Of a stretch of 64,000 nt of DNA, positions 1 to 12,200 are shown one piece after another. The stretch's first letter is position 1, and each line of letters starts with the position of its first letter. Under the pieces are notes generated by a model. It made no database searches. It was not told where the DNA came from and saw nothing but the letters and a program-made list of their open reading frames with translations. Source of the stretch: Podarcis vaucheri (lineage: Eukaryota); NCBI GenBank assembly GCA_965113315.1, contig OZ220370.1. One strand, 5' to 3'. Made by a program: the position numbers and the translations under genes.

Positions 1-31
1 AGGTGCTAAACAAATTCTCTTTTTATTTCAG

Positions 32-207
32 TGTCTCCTTTTGTTCAGGCTCGTGCTGCAGAAATAAAAGCTATGCTGAAAGCTGTTACGCAGAAGTCTT
101 CCAACACCTTAGTGTTTCAGTCTCTACCGAGACACATGAGGAGGCGAGCTATGAGCCACAATATCAAACGCCTGCCCAGGCGACTTCGTGAGCTTGCCAG
201 AATAGAG
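32..207 (+). CDS. POP1: POP1 exon ([12 protein letters not shown]...RELARIE)
   Basis: ttttatttcag acceptor, GAG|gtgtgt donor, 176 nt. Confidence 0.95.
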
Positions 208-3200
208 GTGTGTCTTTAGCTTGTTTTCCCAGTTAGCTTGATGGTGCTTCCGTGTAATAGTTCATCCTTCTATATAACCTTTCCTTTTGTGTGTGTTGGG
301 GGGTGGGGTGGGGGAATGTAATTGCTGTTGCACGTAGGATGGTGTTAATGCAGCAAGGAATGGCAGGCCTCTGTGGGACTTCCCCCACTCCAGATGGTTT
401 CTCCATATTCTTTGGCAGGAGGGCTTGGAGGGTAGTGATAGATCACTGTGCTGCCTCCAATATATATTATTTTTCAATGAATTTTATTGATTTTCCACAT
501 TTATCACAAAAATAACATAACATAACACACAACAAGGAAAAACACACCACACTACAGTAAACTAAACACAAAAAATGGTTTCTTCAAATACCTAATTCTC
601 ATTACATTGATAACTGACTTCCACAAATCCCCTCTAACTGAATTTCATTATGTCACCTATATAACAGTTCTCCAAATTCATATTTCTAATAATATTGACT
701 CCTTTCATTTATTAACCTCTTCTCCTTTATTAGTATTTTAATCCTTAGTATTTACTCGTAACATATTCTTATTCTATCCCTAAGCCTATTTAATATTTCA
801 AAGAATTTTCTATTTGTGCTATCTCCAATATAAACCCCACAAGTCCCTGTGCCCTCCACCATAGATAATAATAATAATTTAATTATCTGACTGGGTTGCC
901 CCAATCACTCTGGGCAGCTCCCAACAAAATATTAAAAACACAATAAAACATAAAAAAACATTAAAAAACTTCCCTGTACAGCGCTGCCTTCAGATGTCTT
1001 CTAAAAGTCATATGGGTGAATTGAATTGGGTTGCCTTCCCTTTGGGAAACAAATTCAAGGGGAGGAAACCATTGTTCTCTTGTTCTACCTATGCAGACAG
1101 AGAAATTTGAACATCAGAAGAAAGAACAGTCCAAGAGCAAGTGCCGTAAGGCCAGGCGGCGCCATACGAACTTGGTGGTGGAGTTCAACCGCAGGCAAAA
1201 GAAGAACGTGTGGCTGGAAACGCACATCTGGCATGCAAAGCGGTTTCATATGGTGAAGAAGTGGGGGTACTGCCTAGGAGACAGGCCCACAACCAAGAGC
1301 TATAGGGCCTGCTACCGGGCCATGACTAGCCACTGCCTCCTTCAGGTACTGTGACATTTTATGCCTTCATACTTGGCAGGAGAAACACTTCAGCTTTTTA
1401 AAAAAACCAGACAAGCACAAGAGCATGTCCTCTTGGGAAAGTCGATCCCATAGACTGTCTTTCTCCTTCCTGTTCTAAAGCACCTGTTGAGTGGAGAAAG
1501 AAAATGAAGTTTGCTTATCAGTATCTGGCTGTTTCTATGTACCATCCTGTCCTCGTGTCTTAGGTATACTGGCTCTTGAGTCCTTGTTAACATGTTATAA
1601 TCTGCTTATCTAGAAATAGCTTCATGCATCTCGTAAGATAGTCGGAGAATGTTGCTTATTAACACATGAGATAGATTTTGAGTAGTGCTTCTATCCACAT
1701 TGTCTAAATGCTTGCCACGCTTCTGCAAACTCAGTCTCCTGATATGTGAATTAGTCTAGAAGAATGGCTCAGGTTTTTATAAACAAAATCCATCGTTTTC
1801 TTCTGACCTCTCAAGCATGCCAGGTTTCTTTTTCCCAGCTTAAAATTCAATAGCTTTTCTTTTACATCAGGATTTATCTTATTATTGTTGCTTGGAGTTG
1901 ACTGGGAAAGAGGAAGAGCTGCTTACAGCACTTGCTCGAATGTGTAGCATAGATGCAGGTAATATTTCCTTATTTTAAAATGCATACATTGTGAATGCTA
2001 ACTCTTGGGTTGGGCATGGGCGCCTGCTGTCTAGGGCTGGGTGGTACTAAGTATGCTCATTTAGTATTTTTGGAAAATACAACCGCATATTATGCAAGGA
2101 GAAAGAGCATAATAAAGGGCTAGGTGTATATTTAATAGTTCTTTGCACTCCATTATTTGTTCCTACTCCTCCCACCTAATTTGCTGATGCCAAGAAAGTC
2201 AATTATCTATTTTGCTGTTGAATATAGTTTAGGTCCACTATGGTATAGATGCCTGTGATTAGTGTGGCACGTTATAAGTTTGTAAAATAAATCATACTGT
2301 GACTTTTGCAGCAGCGGTCACTTGTGATGGCCATGTTGTGTTTAGAGCAGCCTTCCAGATAAGTCTTCCAAAGCTGTTCTCCCATACTGAAGTCATCCTC
2401 CAAACCATGGCTCCCATACATGTTTGGAGGAATGGTTCAAACCATAGTTTGCTAGTTTGTGTGTTGCAGTAAACTCTGCTTAGAACAAAAGGCAAAATAA
2501 GGAATTAAATCAAGAAGGGGGTGAAGTATAAGCAAGCACATGCATACATGGCTTGTTCAAGATTCTCCAAACTGTTGTTTGGACTATTGTCCCAGTGTAA
2601 CCATAGCCTGTTAATCATTTTATGTTGCGTTGGTCTGTGAGGGGGAAACAAAACAAGTCTATAGTCGATCAGCTAGAAGAAATTCTTCTCATAGCTAATC
2701 AGGGCTAGTCATAAAGTTTGTTTAGAAAAAACACTAAGCTGTCACTTCCTTTCCATTCCCAATACAACTTCAGCAGGATAAAATGATCTTAAGAAGTTTC
2801 ACTGTGGACCTGGTGTGTGACGAGCTTTGAATTCTTTAAAGCAAGAACTCCTGTAGGAGCTATTCTCCCCCACCACCCCCATGTTCCATCTCTTAACTCT
2901 GCCAGTTTAGACTTTGGAATGGTACTTCTATTATTATTTTTTAAAAAAGAATAATACTTTATTTAGAATTCAATAATAACAAAGGAAAAAACCGCAGTAG
3001 TTGCTACATCCATTCATTACAGTTGACCAATTTTAAAATCGGAATGCTATTTCTAGATGTGGTCTCCCAGTTACAAAGGTTATATTACCTTTCTAAGTGG
3101 GCACTATTTTCTTGAGCATTTTTAGCCTGTCTCTTCTCAGGGCCAACATTTGCAGCTATTCCTTGTCTATCTGGGAAGCGCCAGGGTGCTCTCACCATGT

Positions 3201-6200
3201 ACCAGGCAGACCGATACCCTGCAGGTGCCCTTGGACCGGTTACTTTCCTTTGGAAACCCAGAGATGGGATTGATAGTACTTCCGAAAACAGACAACTGTG
3301 GATATGGACCCACCCTGTCTTTAAGCAGGTACAAGCTGTTTCTTTTCTTTTTAAAAAACATTTATAATTAGTGTAGTAAAAAAATTAAAAGGTAAGGGTA
3401 AAGGGACCCCTGACCATTAGGTCCAGTTGTGACCGATTCTGGGGTTGTGGAGCTCATCTCTCTTTATTGGCCGAGGGAGCCGGCGTACAGCTTCCGGGTC
3501 ATGTGGCCAGCATGACTAAGCCGCTTTTGGCAAACCAGAGCAGCACACGGAAACGCCGTTTACCTTCCCGCCGGAACGGTACCTACTTATCTACTTGCAC
3601 TTTGACGTGCTTTCAAACTGCTAGGTTGGCAGGAGCAGGGACCGAGCAACAGGAGCTCACCCTGTTGCGGGGATTCGAACCACCGACCTTCTGATCGGCA
3701 AGTCCTAGGCTCTGTGGTTTAACCCACAGCGGCACCCGCGTCCCAACATTAAAAAAATACCTGTATTAAAAAGCTAACCTCTTGTGAAGGGGACGTAGGC
3801 CTGAAGTGGAAGCCTTTCATATGGTTGATTCCCACCAAAAAAGAGGTTGGAAAGGTCATGTGGGTGAAGGGAGTGCCTGAACCCTCCCTTTAACACAGGT
3901 AGAAGATCCGGGGCAGCTGTCTTTATACCAGGTCAGCCTGTTTGTTCAACTAGCCCAAGGGCGGAAGCTCTCTCCATGAACTTGAGCAAAGGCCTTCCAC
4001 CTAGCCTACCTGAAGCTTTTAGCCACAGATGCCAGGGCTTGAGCCTGGGGCCTTCTGCACAAGCTGTACAAGCTGAGCTAAGAAGCCAACCATTTGGCCT
4101 GAGCAGCTGCTTCATCTTACGCAGTACTGGCAAAACTAGATTTGTAGAAAGTGCTTTCTAAAAAGAGTCTTACATAAATTGTTTGTAGGGTCATTGAGAT
4201 CTTTTAAAATATAAAAAGCCCTTTTATTCTTTTGACAGCAGGATATTCTACTGAGTGGACTTAAGCTCCATCTAGAGGGCTGGCAACTTGAGAATGTGGA
4301 GCTAAAAAGTCCATCTGCCGGCCCTCTCTTTCAGCTGCTTATTTCCAAGGACGCCGCTGTTAATCTCTCGCCTGAAAGCTGCATAAAAGATGGTGGCCTT
4401 CACATTTGATGAGCCCTTTTCCCTGCTTCCCATTAGGAGATCTTGGCTGAGTTAAAAGCAGCCTTCCGGTGTTCTGAGCCCATGGAAGTCTGTAACCCTG
4501 AACCAGCTGCAATATTGCCTCAGGAAGAAAGCCAGTCGTTTGTTGCTGAGGAAGTTGGCCAGAAAAGGAAGAGGAAAGACAATGGAGGCGAAATGGCTGT
4601 CCCAGTGAAAAAAATTATTGGCGATGGGACCAGAGATCTCCACCAGTCCTATTGCTGGACATCACAAACTACTGGAGTTGTGATAAGGTACTTGTTTGGG
4701 TACTATTAACACATTTCTCATTTATAGTCTAGTCAAGTTGCCTCATTATACGAAGGGATGAAGAATAACTTTGGTAAACAAATTGAACTAGGCCCCCGTT
4801 TTCACTATACATTCAAAACAGTGTCATACCACTTTAAACAGCCTTTTTAAACAGAAAGAATCTTGGGAACTGTAGTTTGTTAAAGGCACTGTGAATTGTT
4901 ATAAAACCCCTATTCCCCTCAAAGAGCTACAATTTAGTGTAGCTTAAGAGCCAATCCCTCTTCCAAAGAACTCTAGGAATTGTCGCTCTGTGAGGAAAAT
5001 GGGAGTCTCCTAACAATTCTCAGCACCCTTGACAAACTACAGTTCCCAGGATTCTTTGTGGGAAAGCCATGAGATTATACAGTTTTAATTAGGTACTGAA
5101 ATAAGAATGTTTGAGATTATTAAAAAAACAACAACAGATGAATGCAAAATGTGATAGAACGGATTTATGAATCAACACAAGCTGGAACTGGACTAATTCA
5201 TCACTCCTGACTTCATGTTTTGACATGTAGCTTTTGTCTCTTCCAGCGACCTAACAATGGAGATTCTCAGATATCGGTTAATTGGTCCCCTCTCAAACTG
5301 CGTCCTTACAGAGGCACTCAAAGCTGCTTGCGTCCATACTGTAAGCTAATCAGCAATTTTCATGCTTGCTTTTGTCATGTGCTCAAGATCGCATTGCTGT
5401 TATTGCATTGCTGTGTAGTCAACTGCTAGAATCTAGTATTGTGGTACTACACATGTTTGTACTACATTAGCATATGATTCCCAACTCATCTAGAAAAGTT
5501 TGGGACATCTTGTGTTAGTCATACCACTGTCTTAGTGTCCTGAACCTCCGTATTATAAAGTAATACGGGATAATGCCTAGAGCTGTATAATGAATAGAGC
5601 TGTATAGGAAGCCCTCCTTTTAAAACTGTATTCGATCACAGGCTTTGCTTGCAAAAGATCCCAGGTTCCATTCCTGGCATCTCCAGGAAAGGCTGGGGAA
5701 AACTTTTGGGTAGTCCCTGCCACTTAGGATAGACTGGTGGGAGATGAAGTCCACCATGTTGGTTACCATCAGCCCGGCCAACATGGCCAGTGGTCAGGGA
5801 TGATGGGAGTTGTAGTTAACAGCATCTGGAGGGCACCATATTGGATACTCTGGTGTAGACAGTACTGAGCTAGGTGAACCAGAGGTCTGGCTGAGTGTCA
5901 GGCTGCTTCCTGTGTTCCAACTGCAAAAGAAATTCTGTGGCAATCTTGTGTGCATGGTGGTAGAAGAAGCAGAAGTTTGTGGCTCTCTTTGGTATGAGCA
6001 GGAAGACCAGTTGACTTGGTTACTCCAGGATGCTGGATCATTCTCATATCATGCAACTCCCTTGCTCAGTATTCAAAACCACTCTAAAACACTGGAGTGT
6101 TTTGGACATATTTGAGTTGTACATTACCATACTTTGGTCACCAAACCTTTGACCACTTCTTGGAGGTCTTGGCAGTTGTACCATAACCAGCTTTCATGTA

Positions 6201-9200
6201 GAAGTTGGTTCTCTGGAAGACAGCTACACATATGTCCATTGGCAGCCCTTGAGGTAAAAGGGGAGGAACTGAGCTTTGTGGCAGCAAACTACATATTTCC
6301 CCCTCTTACCTTACATGTTGTGATTGGTTATCTAGGAAGTGGAGCCTACAGATTCTGAAATCAACAGCTGGTGGATAGATAATTGCAGAGATCCTGATCT
6401 GGTGTCTCTTCATCGCCGTCAAGAAGCCATCTTTGAATTGTTGCAAGGTAGCATTCTAGTAGTGCCTTCTGTTTACATGCTTTATATACTTGCTGGTGTA
6501 CATTTGATCTTGAAATATCAAAATGTAATACTTGTCGGTATGTTTAAAGGTGCATCCATTTTATGTGTTTAAAGGGTTAAGTTCATCAGACATTCCATCA
6601 GGTACTGTACTGGGTTTGACTGTGGGGGATCCTCGAGTGAATTTGCCTAAAAAGAGAGTGAAAGCCAAACCAAATCCTGAAAGATATCAAGGTAAAGTAT
6701 CTCATCTAATACTGTAAAGAGTTCATCAATCTACTTTTATGTCAGGTTAAGTTAATGTGTCTTTATTAAGCATTAGTAGAGAGTGCCCAGGGCTGCCTGG
6801 GAATTTTTAGAAACCAAAACTTATTGTGATTTTTAAATGGATAGTGTAGTGAGTTTGGACCCATCATGCTAACAATTGGGCGGAGTCATGCCAAAGTCAC
6901 GTTTTAGTCCACCATCTTGATTCAAAATGGCTGACACCCAAACATTGGTAAAGACCACTTCCCCCACCTTGGGAACCTTTGTAGTGAGTTTGTCAGTAGA
7001 ATCTCAAGAGGTAGCCAAACCTATAGAGAACATACAGGCAAACCATTTCCTAAAACATATAGTATATTCCAGGGAGCGTTGCACTTATCTCATGGCTTTT
7101 TAGGGTTCCATTAAACATACCAAATAGATGCACACATCCTATATTAATGCTGTGTAGAGAATAATTGCAGTTGTGAGGAAGGGACTTGGCACCAAACTGG
7201 TCTTGTGCTCAATGGAAGCCTCTGTTAAATGGTACAGATGATCCAGGTTCGAATCCTGGCGAGGCCAACAGGTGCTATACCTCAAGTTGCAACACTTCAT
7301 TTCTACGTGCTCGTATTGCCTACAAACATACACTTCAGAAAAAGTGTGAAAGAGTTCTCCACATATAATACCGGAATGTTTGGCTTGCCGTGCTTATTTA
7401 GCCTTAGAAATCTTTTTCTGTAGTGAGAGTAAGAATCAGAAGTTCTATAATTCAGTCCCACTGTACTTATTTGCCAATTAATTCCACGGCACTGGATTCA
7501 TTATTTCACTTTTCACCATTTCTTTGCTCACAAACAATTATTTTTCAGTAATGGGGCAGGTTTGGGGCAAAAAGAATCCCTCTAAACACACATTTCTTTT
7601 ACTTGTCTATATTTCGCATCTGCTTCACTTAGGCTTATTTACATCTCTCCCTTTTGATATGGATTTAACCGCTACAGACAACTCACCCATCAAACCAAAC
7701 AGTATATTCTGGCTTGAAGCCACTCTCCATTTTTTTATGCAGGGTGTATCTCTTAGTTCTGGGATCCTTCAACTGAAGATGCCAGGGATTAATGCTTGGA
7801 TTTTTTCTATTTGCAAAGGATGTGCCATGATGTTGAGTTGTGGCTTCTGCTCCTGGGCCAGACCATAAGAAAATCTTAAAACTTTGGTTCTTTTCTTCTA
7901 CATTATAAGGTCCTTCTCCACTTGCCAGGGCAACATTGTTTGGTGTTTCCTAATAAAGAGCTTTTCAGACATAAATATGCACTCAGGTAGCCGTGGTTTG
8001 ATACTTCTGATTGCTTTGGTGTAGATTCACGAATGCGTCTAGATCTTCTGCACATATATATATATACACCGTATTTTTTGCTCTATAAGACTCCCCTTTT
8101 CCCTCCTAAAAAGTAAGAGGAAATGTGTGTTTGTCTTATGGAGCGAATGCAAGCTGCGCAGCTATCACAGAAGCCAGAACAGCAAGAGGGATTGCTGCTT
8201 TCACTGCGCAGCGATCCCTCTTGCTGTTCTGGCTTCTGAGATTCAGAATATTTTTTTTCTTGTTTTCCTCCTCCAAAAATTAGGTGCGTCTTGTGGTCTG
8301 GTGCGTCTTATAGAGCGAAAAATACGGTGTGTGTGGGTGTATATATATATATAGCCCTGTGAGAAACTTTGGGTTGTGCAAGGCAGCGAGGGACACGCCA
8401 GCCCTTCCAAGCCTGTGCGACTCTGCTGTCTACCATAGCCTTTCACTATATATGTTTGTGAATTTAATAACCCTTTCTGTTTTGAGGCATTCTGCAGGCA
8501 GTGCATGCCCATAAGCAGTGCATGCAAGCTAAGGCTGGTGGCTGAAGAAGAAAGGGTAGCAAGAGAAGATCTTAAATGGATGTGTGTGGGGAACCAGCAA
8601 TGGGAGCCTGGATGGCTGAAGACTCGTGTTTGCAAACAGGCAGAGGGGAAGATGCCACCTAAGAAAGAAATCTTAAGGAAAGCTGGTGCTTCTTTTGGAT
8701 AGTGCTCCACAGCTCTTCCCCTGCATTAGCTTAGGGTTGTGTCCTGCTGAAAATGAGAGCCCACAAAAAGTAATGTTGGCCAACAACTTGGATGACTTAA
8801 AAAGAGGATTAGAGGATTCTTGGAGGAAAAGGCTATCAGTGGCTATTGACCACTCAGATTATGTTCTCTTTCTGTTGCTGGGAAGAACGCTGTTCTGCTC
8901 AGGTCCTGTTTTCAGGTTTCCATAGGCATGTGGTTGTCCACTGGCAACAGGATGCTGGTCCTGATCCAGCAGGGCTCTTATATTGCTACTCAGAGGAGGA
9001 CCATTGAAATTAGAGGGATGAGTTAGCCATGTCCCTTAATTTCAGTTGGTCTCCTCTTGAGTACACCTGGCAGTGGATACAACCCATAGTCATGGAGGAA
9101 ACATTGATTTTGTTTTCTGTATCTTCCTTATTCACTGTAGTTATTTAGTAGTTCATTCTCTTGTTTGGCATGCTTGCTTTTCACATTCTTAGGGAGGCAT

Positions 9201-12200
9201 TCTATTCTTCTGCAATCTCCCTTAAAATACATGGTGGAGTAGGATTTCTTCAGGTATAGTTATTTGAAGATTCATTGCACCGTGTGTTTTGGGTAAAGTG
9301 TTCCAAATATCACACATGAAGTTGGGTACTTTAGGCAGGGTATACTGATTTGCTAAGCATGTCGCCACAATCTAAAGTTTTCTTTTGCTGGAATAGCTAA
9401 TGCAGTGGAACCTCGGTTGCCGAACGCTTCGGAAGTTGAACACTTTGGCTTTCGAACGCCAACAACCCAGAAGTGAATGTTTCCATTTACAAATGCTCCT
9501 TGAAAGTCGAATGGCTTCCAAGGCGCATTTCTCCATTTTCCCCACGGATTTTGCCAACCGGCAATTGCGCCTCGATTGTCGAACATTTCAGAAGTCCAAC
9601 AGTCTTCTGGAACGGACTGCATTCAACAACCGAAGTTCCACTGTACTAAAAATAAGAAGGGTGACAATGGGCCACAGGCATATCAACCTTTCAATAGAAA
9701 GGTTTAATTCTCTTAAACACATGCATCTTTTGGCACCACAATTTCCCCACCCTTCACCCAAAACCTAATGCCAACTGTGAGTGCACACTGATCCTGTCAC
9801 ACTGTAGCACCCTGCTTGTGGTTAACACTTAGCTGGAATGAAATATTCAACACAGCAATAGAGAAATTAAAATAATAATTTATTTGTCAGACAAATAAAT
9901 GAGAGACACAGTGGTATATGGATACCAAAGCTCTGCCCACTCCAGCCCTGATGGCCAGCACTTATATTTCCTCAGCCCAGCCCCCTTGCTCCTCCTTTGG
10001 CTGCCTCTGTCCAATCAGCCTGGTTGAAATTCCTATTAGCTGTTTGCTAGAACCAATCAGAAAAGATACACCCATTTCCTATTACCTTTTATGGGAGACA
10101 AAGAGCTATATTTCCTTCTATCCATAAATGGCAGACAAGTAGCCATATATCTTACATTTGCCTCGACCAGGCACCTTAATTATCAGATCATCTTTGCCCT
10201 ATTGCCCTATTCACTCCAGAACAGATGGCTAATGGTTTTAATTTTTATCTTAAACAGATCTTGGGTTCACCTTCTCACACATCATCAATGAAATAAGAAT
10301 CTAACATAAGAATCTAACATTTCTTACTTTCTAAATCCTTTGCATAATTACATTTAAGCCAATATATTTCATACATAACATAGATAGATTTTTTAGAAGG
10401 AAAGGCCTTTTCAAAGTAAAAAGGAACTTCAATAAAAAACAGTTTCGAAAGCAGCCTCTTTAGTTTACAACTCCTTTTCCTAGCCAGCTGCTGTTCCTAT
10501 TAGCTCTTGCCCTTTAACCTTAGGAAGATGTGGCTCAAGTCTAATGGGAGGCACATGGTATATTATCTGTTAAACAATAAATTTCACTATTTACCAACTC
10601 TTAATTAGTGTTTTTGCAGCTTGATTGTATTCTGTAATTTGTATGGTCAGTGTGACCTTTTGTTCCCAGCCTGTAATTTCCTTTTACAACCCTGAAGCAC
10701 TGCTATAGATCAGAGGGGTCCTGTTTAGGAAGATAAACATCTGCCAAAGCACCCAGCCAGCTGCTTTCTGCCTGGCATGAGAGATACAAACATTTACAAA
10801 TATATTTTTTAAGCTCATTTTAAAATGCAGGCCTTGATCTGATGCCGCAACACAGTTCCTGAACATCTGTAGATAGGAGTGAAGGGATGTTTAAATATTC
10901 TCTTAGAGAGTGGTGCTTGACTCTGCAGTGAGAAAATAGTGCCTCAGGCTTGAGTCTCAATATGCTCAGGCAGCAAAAGGAGAGCAGTTCCAGAATGTAA
11001 AGTTCAAGGGGAACTCCGAAATCACCACCTTCACATCAGCCTTTAAAGCAGGGATGGGGAGCCTGTGGCCCTCCAGATGTTGTGGCTGCTCCCATCAGTC
11101 CAAGCTAACTTGGCCAGGGCTTAGGGATGATGGTAGGCTGGAATCCATCAACATCTGGAGGACCACAAGTTCCCCACCCATGCTTTTAAAGCAGTGGTTC
11201 TCAAACTGTGGGTCCCCAGATGTTGTTGGACTACAACTCCCATCATCCCTGAGCTCTGGCCTTGCTAGCTAGGGGTGATGGGAGTTGTAGTTCAACAACA
11301 TCTGGGGACCCACAGGCTGAGAAAGGCTGTTTTAAAGTGAGACCGTGTCTTCTAAAATGTTGCTCCCTCACTTTAGACCTCAGTAAAATTAGGACTGCTG
11401 CCTACAGCTCCACAAACTCCTGGAAGGCTTTGACTTTTGTTAGAGCAGAACTCAAAGTTCATTTCTCTCTGTGCTGTTAAATGTGTGTTTGCTCTTTGTA
11501 CAAAATACCCCTTTAAATGAAGTAGCAAGGGTTGCTATGCTCCTAAGACAAAACATTCAGCTAGTCTCTCATGGAATATGAACTGAAATTATTAAGGTTA
11601 GAAGCTTTAATGATCTTTCCACTACTTGCTGTTCTGCATTCCCCTTCGTATGTTCTTAACCTTTTAGTGACAACAGGTCCCTCTTTTTTCCCTTTCTTTA
11701 GAGAATGAAAAAGTCAAGCAGCTGATCTTGGAAGGGGTGCCGGCAGAGTGTGCACAGAGCTTTCTCTGGGACCAGAACGTCCGCAAGAACGTCACAGAAA
11801 ATAAAATGCCAGAACAGGTAACCGTTACATCAGAAATAACAATGAAGCAGTTGGAAATGTCAGCCGCTCAGTGCATTTCTGTTAAGCCCAATTACTTTGA
11901 GACTTGAAATGTCTGTCTCAGAATCCTGCCCATTTCTTTCCAGCTGGCGAAGTGTACCAGAGTAGGCTTGGTTTTCTAATTTGAAAATGTTGCCTCCTCA
12001 TTTACTTTGCATCTCTAGTTACATAATTTGCACTTACACAGGGCAATGTCCAGCTAAACCATTCTGCTAGTGCAAGGACTTACAGCTGACGAAATGGACC
12101 TTCCCCTCTCCCTCTCTGTCTGCTCTGGAGTGTTGGAGCGGGGAGCCCCCACCACAGACTTAGGGGGCACATGGGGAGAGGAGAGGGAGGAGAAGTTTTG

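Noticed and set aside
298-315. G-rich tract as a G-quadruplex in a POP1 intron
   Set aside because: Only three clear G runs; such tracts are common and nothing else supports function.
11192-11329. Long hairpins as pre-miRNAs (also 31459 and 42430)
   Set aside because: They are multi-copy with hAT termini and 8-bp TSDs, so MITEs.
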